This document shows positions 1 to 6,769 of a stretch of DNA of 13,626 nt, piece after piece. This DNA is from a bacterium (GTDB taxonomy: Bacteria > SZUA-182 > DTGQ01 > JAFGSM01): assembly GCA_049472355.1 (NCBI GenBank), contig JBLIRP010000051.1:1-13626 (forward strand). The letters run 5' to 3'. The notes below the pieces were generated by a model. It was given only the letters and a program-made list of their open reading frames with translations. It was not told the DNA's origin and searched no databases. Position 1 is the first letter of the stretch. Each line of letters opens with the position of its first letter. A program made the translations under genes and the position numbers.

Positions 1-461
1 TCAAGCACGGCCGCTATGGCGCCTTTCTCGGGTGCAGCGGATATCCGGAATGCAAGAATATCGTCTCCCTCAACAAGCCGGGCACAGGCGCGCAGGAGGC
101 CGAGCCCACTGAGGAAAAATGTGAAAAGTGCGGCAGTCCCATGGTCATAAAGAACGGCAGGTATGGCCGATTTATGTCCTGTTCGAATTATCCGAAATGT
201 AAATTCGTCAAACCCCTGGGTATCGGTGTCCCCTGCCCCAGGGAGGGGTGCAAAGGGGAATTGGTGGAGCGACGTTCCAAGCATGGCCGGGTCTTTTACA
301 GTTGCAGCAAATATCCCGAGTGCGATTTTGCCTGCTGGGAGAAACCGATAGCGGCAGCCTGTCCCAAGTGCGGATACCCGATTATGCTCGAGTCAAACGG
401 AAAAAGACCCAAGAAAAAATGCGGTCGAAAGGATTGTGATTATACCGAGGAACTGGAATGA
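1..461 (+). CDS. topA: DNA topoisomerase I, C-terminal zinc-ribbon region (5' truncated by window)
   Basis: Frame is open from position 3: KHGRYGAFLGCSGYPECK...CEKCGSPMVIKNGRYGRFMSCSNYPKC...CPREGC...FYSCSKYPEC...CPKCG. These are tandem C4 zinc ribbons with GxF(L/M)xCSxYPxC, typical of the TopA C-terminus. TGA at 459-461. Confidence 0.93.
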   Translation, partial: KHGRYGAFLGCSGYPECKNIVSLNKPGTGAQEAEPTEEKCEKCGSPMVIKNGRYGRFMSCSNYPKCKFVKPLGIGVPCPREGCKGELVERRSKHGRVFYSCSKYPECDFACWEKPIAAACPKCGYPIMLESNGKRPKKKCGRKDCDYTEELE

Positions 462-485
462 GCAAGGCATGCGGCGGTATGGTGG

Positions 486-503
486 TGTATAGTAAAATAT
501 ACA
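486..503. promoter_or_regulatory. Palindrome TGTATA-N6-TATACA, candidate enhancer-binding-protein site for the lpxC sigma54 promoter
   Basis: Perfect 6-bp inverted repeat about 175-190 bp upstream of the -24 element, a typical activator-site distance. Function is inferred. Confidence 0.4.
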
Positions 504-636
504 ATCTATTCCATTGTTATCTAATGGCATTTCAGCATTTGTCCCTTTCGGCTGGGGTGATAAGGTCGAAAATACACAGAAACAGGATGGTGATACGCCG
601 TGGCACGGCAGTGAGGCGAGGATTTATTTTCAATAA

Positions 637-649
637 AATCAATTTGTTA
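637..649 (+). promoter_or_regulatory. IHF-binding site
   Basis: AATCAATTTGTTA exactly matches WATCAA-N4-TTR, has an A/T tract 5' of it, and lies 30 bp upstream of the sigma54 site. Confidence 0.6.
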
Positions 650-678
650 CAAGGGAAATCTGTTGTCAAGGGGACATG

Positions 679-694
679 TGGTATGGGGATTGCT
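679..694 (+). promoter_or_regulatory. sigma54 (RpoN) -24/-12 promoter of lpxC
   Basis: TGGTAT-GGGGA-TTGCT has GG-N10-GC spacing and is close to TGGCAC-N5-TTGCW. It points towards lpxC. Confidence 0.7.
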
Positions 695-824
695 TTATAA
701 CAATAGCTTTATTTCTTTGTTTGTGTCACGCAGGCCGTCGAAGCCGCCTGTATGAGGGTATAACCGCAGGAGATACAAAGGGAAAAGGGGAAGGATAGGG
801 ATTCCTAACAGCAAAGGAAAAGCA

Positions 825-1772
825 ATGAACGTGTACCAACAAACGATTCAAACGGAAATAGGATGTTCGGGCATCGGCCTGCACAGCGGGAAAAAGGTCA
901 GAATGAACCTGAAACCGGCGCCTGCTGATACCGGCATCATATTCAAACGGGTCGATGTCGGCCACCAGTGCATGATAAGGGCCCATATACGTAACCTGAA
1001 CAATGTCAGCTATGCCTCCACCCTGTGCGCGAACGGGTATGAGGTGCAGACAGTGGAACATCTGCTGGCCGCCCTGATGGGCCTGGGAATCGACAATGTC
1101 ATCGTGGAAATCGATTCCTCCGAGATCCCCATTATGGACGGCAGCGCGGTCCCCTTCGTCTTCCTGATTCATGAGGCGGGGATACTCCCCCAGGATCGTC
1201 CGCGACAATACCTGAGGATCAAGCGGACCATAAAGGTGGGGGACAATGACAAGTTCATCAAGATCGTTCCTGAAGACGACTTCAGGATAACCTACGAGAT
1301 ATCCTTTAATCATCCCGTCATCGGTACCCAGCGCGCCTCGTATGTGTGCAATGAGGAAAATTTTTCCAAGAAGATATCCCGTGCGAGGACGTTCGGTTTT
1401 CTCAGCGACATAAAGGAGTTGCGAAAAAGGGGACTCACCAAGGGGGGATCGCTGGATAATGCGGTGGTTATTGATGATTTCAGGATACTGAACGGAAATC
1501 TCCGCTACCCGGATGAATTCGTATGCCACAAGATCATCGATGCCATGGGAGACCTGTATCTCCTCGGCTATCCGGTGATCGGGCATGTGGTTGCCTACAA
1601 GACAGGGCACGGGTTGCATGCCTCGCTGGCGGATAAGATACTCAGGAATCCCAACCGCTGGGAACTGGTCACCTTCGAGGAACATGAAAGGGAGGCCGAA
1701 TTGCCGGCGCTGGCAGGTGTTGAATTACAAACGAATTTTACCCCCAAGGATTTGACGGTCCACTTGGCCTGA
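825..1772 (+). CDS. lpxC: UDP-3-O-acyl-N-acetylglucosamine deacetylase LpxC
   Basis: QQTI...GIGLHSG start, TVEHLLAAL (Zn His), EIPIMDGSA, SRARTFGF, GGSLDNA, HKIID (HKxxD) and the downstream GH. AAGGA RBS upstream. Confidence 0.97.
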   Translation: MNVYQQTIQTEIGCSGIGLHSGKKVRMNLKPAPADTGIIFKRVDVGHQCMIRAHIRNLNNVSYASTLCANGYEVQTVEHLLAALMGLGIDNVIVEIDSSEIPIMDGSAVPFVFLIHEAGILPQDRPRQYLRIKRTIKVGDNDKFIKIVPEDDFRITYEISFNHPVIGTQRASYVCNEENFSKKISRARTFGFLSDIKELRKRGLTKGGSLDNAVVIDDFRILNGNLRYPDEFVCHKIIDAMGDLYLLGYPVIGHVVAYKTGHGLHASLADKILRNPNRWELVTFEEHEREAELPALAGVELQTNFTPKDLTVHLA

Positions 1773-1842
1773 AACAAGGCGATCCACAGCGCATCCCCTA
1801 TCGGGTGGTCAGCAGTTTCTCCCCGATATTCATCTCTTTTGC

Positions 1843-1881
1843 CTTACATACCTAAGCCTCACAGGGGCTTAGGTATGTAAG
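1843..1881. terminator. 16-bp perfect inverted repeat between convergent lpxC and speB, possible bidirectional terminator or stabilising hairpin
   Basis: CTTACATACCTAAGCC (1843-1858), 7-nt loop, GGCTTAGGTATGTAAG (1866-1881). No U-tract follows the stem in either direction. Confidence 0.55.
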
Positions 1882-1910
1882 AACGTTCATGATAAGGGAA
1901 TTGGACGGGT

Positions 1911-2765
1911 TCAGGAGCCGAACAGGAGGATAAGCTCCCGGATAAGCTTTGCGGCGGTGATGGAGCAGTGCCCTGAATGATCCAGAAGGGGATTGTATTC
2001 GTTGACATCGATTCCTACCACCCGGAGGTCCTTCAACGCATAGAGTGTTTCCGCAAGCTGGGTGAAGGTGAGGCCCCCCGGTTCGGGAGCCCCTGTCGCC
2101 GGGAAAATCCCTGGATCGAGGATGTCGAGATCCAGGGAGATATAGCAGGGGGCGCCATTGAGCGCGGTTCTCACCCGGGATATCTCCCCGGGGTCCCATC
2201 CAAAGAGGCTCCCGATATCCTTCATGAAGGTGAATTCCTCCCTGGTCCCCGAACGGATTCCAACCTGGCAGAGATTCCCCTGCCCGATGACCTCCGTCAC
2301 CCTGCGCATGACCGTTGCATGCGATAGCTGCTCACCCTGATAGTCATCCCGCATGTCCGCGTGTGCATCCAGATGGAGCACCTTGAGGCCGGGATGATGC
2401 CCTGTGCACTCCCTTATCAAGGGAAGGCTGACCAGATGCTCTCCTCCGATGCAAAGGGGCATCTTGCCGTCGGAGAATATGTTGCGTGCGGTGCGGGCAA
2501 TGATCTCCAGCGCCCGTGCCTTGTTGCCTATGGGGACATCAAGATCCCCGAGGTCGGACAGGGGGATCTCTTCAAGGTCCGCATGCAGTATGGGGCTGTA
2601 TGTCTCAACGGCCAGGGACCCATCCCTGACGGCACGTGGGGCGAAGCGTGAACCGGGCCTGTAGGAAGAGGTGTCATCCATCGGACATCCCAGGATGACC
2701 ACCGAGGCATCGGTGTATGTCCCCCCCAGCCCGAGGAATGTCGGGTGAACGAAATCGGCATGCAT
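1911..2765 (-). CDS. speB: Agmatinase (ureohydrolase family)
   Basis: Motifs GxPxD..SYRPGSRFAP, GGEH, DAHAD, SHAT, DLDILDP..PATG.PEPGG and EYNP. Start placed at ATG 2765 (MHADF), 2 nt after the speE stop. The track's longer start overlaps speE. Confidence 0.93.
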   Translation of the reverse strand: MHADFVHPTFLGLGGTYTDASVVILGCPMDDTSSYRPGSRFAPRAVRDGSLAVETYSPILHADLEEIPLSDLGDLDVPIGNKARALEIIARTARNIFSDGKMPLCIGGEHLVSLPLIRECTGHHPGLKVLHLDAHADMRDDYQGEQLSHATVMRRVTEVIGQGNLCQVGIRSGTREEFTFMKDIGSLFGWDPGEISRVRTALNGAPCYISLDLDILDPGIFPATGAPEPGGLTFTQLAETLYALKDLRVVGIDVNEYNPLLDHSGHCSITAAKLIRELILLFGS

Positions 2766-2767
2766 GA

Positions 2768-3613
2768 TCAGGCAGTACTCTCCATCTGCATGGTGAGGAA
2801 ATTGGGGAGAGAGAAGGCGCCCCGGTGCAACGAGGGGTTGTAGTAACGGGTGGTGCGGCTTACCCGCAGGGCGGATTCCTCCCGTATGTCCTCCACCGGG
2901 TGGATGGTCTTGGAGCCAATGGTAAAGCTCCAAAAACCCGACGGGTAGGTGGGAATACATGCGCAGTATGAAAACGCCCGTGGAAAGGCGGAGGATATGT
3001 TCCGGTAGATGCGGACCCAGAGCTTTGGGTCCTGAAAAGGGGATTCGCTCTGGGTGACCATGATCCCGTCAGGCCTCAGGGCCTTGAACACATCCTTGTA
3101 GAAATCGACCACAAAGAGCCCCTCTGCAGGCCCGATGGGGTCGGTGGAATCGATTATGACCGCGTCATAGACATTATGCTGCTTGGCGATATACTGTATC
3201 CCGTCCTCTACAAAGATGTGGGCCTTCGGATCATTCAATCCACGGCTGACCTCCGGAAAATACTCGATCGATGCATCGATGACCTCTCTGTCGATCTCGA
3301 CCAGGTCGATCCGTTCGACCTCCGGATGCTTCAGGACCTCCCTGACCGTTCCTCCGTCACCGCCGCCTATGATGAGGACCGCTCGTGGACAGGGGTGCGC
3401 CACCAGGGGGACGTGGGAAATCATCTCGTGGTAGATAAACTCATCCCGTTCGGTGAGCATGATCAATCCATCCAGGACCAGGACCTTGCCGAAATCGAAG
3501 CTCTCGATCACATCCAGCTTTTGAAAGGGGGTCTCCTTGTGACAAAGACAGCGTTTTACCCTCAGCGTAATCCCCACATTCGGGGTGTGTCTTTCAGTAA
3601 ACCAGAGTTCCAC
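2768..3613 (-). CDS. speE: Polyamine aminopropyltransferase / spermidine synthase
   Basis: LWFTE N-terminus, LVLDG..MLTERDEFIYHEM, VLIIGGGDGG, VEID, DSTDPIG and PTYPSG.W. GTG start with GGAGAGG upstream. Confidence 0.96.
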   Translation of the reverse strand: MELWFTERHTPNVGITLRVKRCLCHKETPFQKLDVIESFDFGKVLVLDGLIMLTERDEFIYHEMISHVPLVAHPCPRAVLIIGGGDGGTVREVLKHPEVERIDLVEIDREVIDASIEYFPEVSRGLNDPKAHIFVEDGIQYIAKQHNVYDAVIIDSTDPIGPAEGLFVVDFYKDVFKALRPDGIMVTQSESPFQDPKLWVRIYRNISSAFPRAFSYCACIPTYPSGFWSFTIGSKTIHPVEDIREESALRVSRTTRYYNPSLHRGAFSLPNFLTMQMESTA

Positions 3614-3638
3614 GGGAATCCCTGCCTCTCCGACAATG

Positions 3639-4115
3639 TCAGTACCAGAGCATTACACCGGCAAAGGCGGCTCCGATGTGCTGGACCTTTGATTCGATAG
3701 CGACGCTTTGAAGCCTCGCAATCCTGGTTCCGCGTTTTGCCATTCCCTGTTCCGCCATATTCCTGACGATGGATTCGATCTCCTCCTTGTGCCCCCGCGA
3801 GGAATACTCCATGATCAGTCCGGGCCTCTCGTCGTCCTCGGGCAGGGCTGCGGCCACGGCCGCTGATATGACCTCTCCCGGGATATCGCTGATGATCGAT
3901 GCATATGCGATAGGTACCAGTGAACCTGGAGGAATCGAATGATCGCGTATTTCCGTACATCGGGGAGGGATAATGCTGCTTACCTTGACCAGGTTGAAAT
4001 TTCCCACTCCTGCATCGATCAAGGCGCCATCAAAGGCGTTAAGGGGGGTATACCCCTCTGCGGCCCCCTTTACAAAAAAGAAATATCTCGGTGTTTCGGT
4101 GTAGTTGATTTTCAT
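3639..4115 (-). CDS. pdaD: Pyruvoyl-dependent arginine decarboxylase proenzyme (PdaD/AaxB family)
   Basis: [27 protein letters not shown] contains the Ser-Ser self-cleavage site. Also GLIMEYS. 158 aa, located inside the polyamine operon. Confidence 0.9.
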   Translation of the reverse strand: MKINYTETPRYFFFVKGAAEGYTPLNAFDGALIDAGVGNFNLVKVSSIIPPRCTEIRDHSIPPGSLVPIAYASIISDIPGEVISAAVAAALPEDDERPGLIMEYSSRGHKEEIESIVRNMAEQGMAKRGTRIARLQSVAIESKVQHIGAAFAGVMLWY

Positions 4116-4121
4116 GCTGAC

Positions 4122-4550
4122 CTATGCTGATACCTCGCTGGGTACCAGATCCTTTTTGACCTTTATGATTGGCGGCTTATAATGCAATTCCTTCCCCTTG
4201 ACATCCATCTGTCCCCGTTTGATCTCCATGGTCATGACCTTCGCCGCCTTGAAGGATTCCTTCAGGGATTCGAATGCCTTCCATGGATCAACCTGCTCCC
4301 CGCAGGTAAAGAGGTCTACTGCGGCATATCCGTATTCAGGCCAGGTGTGTATGGCGAAATGCGATTCAGCGATGATGACCACGCCGCTCACCCCATGGGG
4401 ATTGAACAGATGAAAAACGCTTTGGACTATATTCGCCTGACTTATGGCAGCAGCCTCTTGCATAAACATTTTTACCGCATCGATGCTGTTCAGCACCTCG
4501 CTGTCACACTCGAAGAATTCTGCCAAAATCTGACGTCCCAACGCCTTCAT
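4122..4550 (-). CDS. speD: S-adenosylmethionine decarboxylase proenzyme (short bacterial SpeD/SpeH type)
   Basis: [44 protein letters not shown] with the ESH cleavage site. ATG at 4550 follows GGAAGGGGGG. An alternative TTG start lies at 4556. Confidence 0.95.
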   Translation of the reverse strand: MKALGRQILAEFFECDSEVLNSIDAVKMFMQEAAAISQANIVQSVFHLFNPHGVSGVVIIAESHFAIHTWPEYGYAAVDLFTCGEQVDPWKAFESLKESFKAAKVMTMEIKRGQMDVKGKELHYKPPIIKVKKDLVPSEVSA

Positions 4551-4620
4551 TTTCAACCCCCCTTCCTGTGGAATAGTGAAAAAAAGATGGTTGAATGGTC
4601 AGTAAAATATGAAACGATGT

Positions 4621-4649
4621 ATTATACAGATTACCGTTCCCAATGTAAA
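4621..4649 (-). promoter_or_regulatory. sigma70-type promoter of the spe operon
   Basis: Minus strand reads TTTACA-17 nt-TATAAT, about 70 nt upstream of the speD start. Confidence 0.7.
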
Positions 4650-4730
4650 GGGATAATCGAGACATATGTGAAGGAATGACAAATGGTGTGATGAAAGGAT
4701 TTTCAATAGGTTGGGGCGATTATTTCCCCG

Positions 4731-5645
4731 TTACTGAATGGTGAGGGACGCCAATTCATGAAAGAAGCAGATGCGATCCTTCCCCCGTGCCTTGGCCTCA
4801 TAAAGGGCGGTGTCCGCGTATTCGACCAACTGGGATGAGGCGTTGATGCGGTCTATGGGATATGAAGACACGCCGAGGCTTACGGTGACCGGGGGCGAAC
4901 ATGCCCTTTTCGTCTCAAAATCCAGACTGCGCACGCTTTCCATGATTTTTTTGGAGATCACATGGGTGCCGTTATAGTCGGTATTGGGCAGAAGAATGGA
5001 GAATTCGTCCCCGCCGTATCGGGCCAGTATATCTGTTGCACGAAGAGGGTTCTTGAGGGCCTCTGAAATCCTTTTCAGGATTCGGTCACCGAACTGATGA
5101 TCAAAGTGATCATTGATGCACTTGAAATTGTCGATATCGATCATAAGGCAGCTCAAGGGCTCTGAATAACGGTTGGCCCGCTTCAGCTCGACATCCGCCC
5201 GTTCCCAGAAATGCCGGTGGTTATAGAGGCCGGTAAGCCCGTCGGTGAGGGCCTGATGGCTGAGCTTGTCAATCATCTTCTGCTGCTCGCGGTTGATCCG
5301 ATTCAGCCCCCTGTTCAATTCCTCCAGATACCGGACATATCCTTCCAATCGTTTTAATTCGCTTACATCCTTGAGGATGCCCAGTCGACCCGAGCCCTCG
5401 TGCCCAGGCTCCCAGGGCAGGAGATCCAGATGAAAAAGGCGCCCCCTCTTTGAGCGGATGATGGTATGTGTATCCACGTCAGGGCATGCATAATTGATCA
5501 GGAATGAGCGATAGCCCTGTCCTACGAAATTTCCGAATTCCTTATGAAATCCCTTGTTTGAATAGGCAATGGTTCCGCTCGAATCGACAAAGAAGGAGGG
5601 ATTCGGTATGAGGGCCAGCATTCTAACCATCTGATCGTGTCCCAT
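4731..5645 (-). CDS. Diguanylate cyclase: short PAS-like domain, coiled coil, GGDEF domain
   Basis: ALTDGLTGLYN, DIDNFK.IND.F.H..GD, RATD I-site, ARYGGDEF, AD.ALYEAK..GKDR. The N-terminus IPNPSFFVDSSG.I.Y.N...LKDVSE is PAS-like. ATG 5645 lies 6 nt after GGAG; an alternative TTG lies at 5651. Confidence 0.92.
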   Translation of the reverse strand: MGHDQMVRMLALIPNPSFFVDSSGTIAYSNKGFHKEFGNFVGQGYRSFLINYACPDVDTHTIIRSKRGRLFHLDLLPWEPGHEGSGRLGILKDVSELKRLEGYVRYLEELNRGLNRINREQQKMIDKLSHQALTDGLTGLYNHRHFWERADVELKRANRYSEPLSCLMIDIDNFKCINDHFDHQFGDRILKRISEALKNPLRATDILARYGGDEFSILLPNTDYNGTHVISKKIMESVRSLDFETKRACSPPVTVSLGVSSYPIDRINASSQLVEYADTALYEAKARGKDRICFFHELASLTIQ

Positions 5646-5730
5646 ATTCAACTCCGCCTCACGCTGTTCTTTCCTTCACTTTTACCCGGTCAATCGCCAT
5701 GATCGCCCATGCCGATTATGAGCCAGTAAC

Positions 5731-5746
5731 TGCAATATCGCTGCCA
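5731..5746 (-). promoter_or_regulatory. sigma54 -24/-12 promoter of the diguanylate cyclase
   Basis: Minus strand reads (C)TGGCAG-CGATA-TTGCA, one mismatch to consensus, about 85 nt upstream of the start codon. Confidence 0.75.
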
Positions 5747-5783
5747 GAAAGAGGAAATGGGACTCCACAAAAAACATTTTTGT

Positions 5784-5796
5784 ATTCAACGTGTTA
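5784..5796 (+). promoter_or_regulatory. Possible IHF site upstream of the cyclase sigma54 promoter
   Basis: ATTCAACGTGTTA has one mismatch to WATCAA-N4-TTR, follows an A/T tract, and lies about 38 bp from the -24 element. Confidence 0.4.
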
Positions 5797-5941
5797 CTGG
5801 CATTGTGCCCCCGTCCCTGCGTCCCGGTGTCATATTTTTTCCGCCCCTGCCCGTAACTCCCAATGATTTGACACCATTCCGTTTCTGTGTAATTATCGTT
5901 TCGTTTCCATTGTCATGTATACCCATGAAGGAGCGATGAAC

Positions 5942-6436
5942 ATGAAGGCCAGGACAAATCCCCTTTTTTATTTACAGTGCATTCCGGTCCTGCTGGTATG
6001 CACGGCCATCATATCCCTCATGACACTCCCCTGCCCCGTCCATGCCCAGGGACGGGGGCTGGGTTTCAGGGGGCTGGTCCCTCCGCGGAACGCCAAACCG
6101 GAAACGTACAAGGGAGAGGTAACAGGAATGGATTTGCCCCTCATCATGATCAAGGAAGGCTTATGGGGCTCTGCAAAGGTCTTTGTGGGCCCTCCCGGTT
6201 TCCTGCATGAACAGGGTTTCTCGTTCCGGAAGGGGCAGCGCCTGACCATTTCGGCGGTGCCCGTGAAGGTGGAGGGACAAAAGATCCTTGTCTCGTTCAG
6301 GATTGAAGACAGGGATACCGGACAGAGCATTGCCTTGCGCGATAAACGAGGGGAGCCTCTCTGGTGGGGAGGCGGAGCGGGTGCCGGCGCCGGTCGCCAG
6401 CAGGGTGAAAAGGGGCGTCTTGATCGCGGGAATTGA
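5942..6436 (+). CDS. Exported hypothetical protein with a probable OB-fold-like (MamS/MamX-type) domain
   Basis: Hydrophobic signal peptide ending in PVHA|Q. Pattern GEV...VFVGP..FL...GFSF..G..LTI....V..EG...LV..RI.....G....LRD.RG.PLW and Gly/Arg-rich flanks. GAAGGAG RBS 8 nt before ATG 5942. Family recognised by eye only. Confidence 0.65.
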   Translation: MKARTNPLFYLQCIPVLLVCTAIISLMTLPCPVHAQGRGLGFRGLVPPRNAKPETYKGEVTGMDLPLIMIKEGLWGSAKVFVGPPGFLHEQGFSFRKGQRLTISAVPVKVEGQKILVSFRIEDRDTGQSIALRDKRGEPLWWGGGAGAGAGRQQGEKGRLDRGN

Positions 6437-6500
6437 ATGCGGCTTGAGTAAGGTTGTATGCACAAGGCAGGTTAACGGAGCACTAATCGAGGAGGCTGCA

Positions 6501-6725
6501 ATGGAAATCTATGACAAGGTTAAGGATGCTTTGGATGAAATACGGCCATCCCTGAAGGCAGATGGAGGGGATGTTGAACTGGTTAGCGTGGATGACGGTG
6601 TTGTCAAGGTCAGGCTCAAGGGTGCCTGCTCGGGATGTCCCATGTCAACCATGACCCTGAGGGTTGGGATAACAAATCACCTGAAGAAGAGGGTCCCCGA
6701 GGTAAAAGAGGTTGTCTCCGTGTGA
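6501..6725 (+). CDS. Single-domain NifU-C / Nfu Fe-S cluster carrier
   Basis: IRPSLKADGGDVELV...VRLKGACSGCPMSTMTL with CxxC. 74 aa from ATG 6501 with a GAGGAGG RBS. Confidence 0.93.
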   Translation: MEIYDKVKDALDEIRPSLKADGGDVELVSVDDGVVKVRLKGACSGCPMSTMTLRVGITNHLKKRVPEVKEVVSV

Positions 6726-6746
6726 ATAGACAAGAGGGTAATGTTC

Positions 6747-6769
6747 GGGGGCTTATCAGCTAAGCCCCC
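6747..6769. terminator. 9-bp hairpin at the convergent nfu/lipoprotein junction
   Basis: GGGGGCTTA-TCAGC-TAAGCCCCC overlaps the lipoprotein TAG (6760-6762). No U-tract. Confidence 0.4.

Noticed and set aside
601..616. TGGCACGG as another sigma54 -24 element
   Set aside because: There is no GC at -12 (TGGCAC-GGCAG-TGAGG). Kept only as part of a palindrome.
458..700. 80-aa ORF overlapping the topA stop
   Set aside because: No recognisable domain, and it runs across the IHF and sigma54 elements, so the region is better explained as the lpxC regulatory region.
726..1685. 319-aa minus-strand ORF
   Set aside because: Antisense shadow of lpxC with no family motifs.
2766..2960. 65-aa N-terminal extension of speB in the ORF track
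   Set aside because: It overlaps speE out of frame. Agmatinase similarity starts after ATG 2765.
5868..5896. TTGACA as a sigma70 promoter for the 5942 gene
   Set aside because: The -35 is perfect but only AATTAT lies at 17-nt spacing. Plausible but too weak to call.
6288..6500. N-terminal extension of the Nfu ORF
   Set aside because: It overlaps the upstream gene. A strong RBS precedes ATG 6501, giving a normal 74-aa Nfu.
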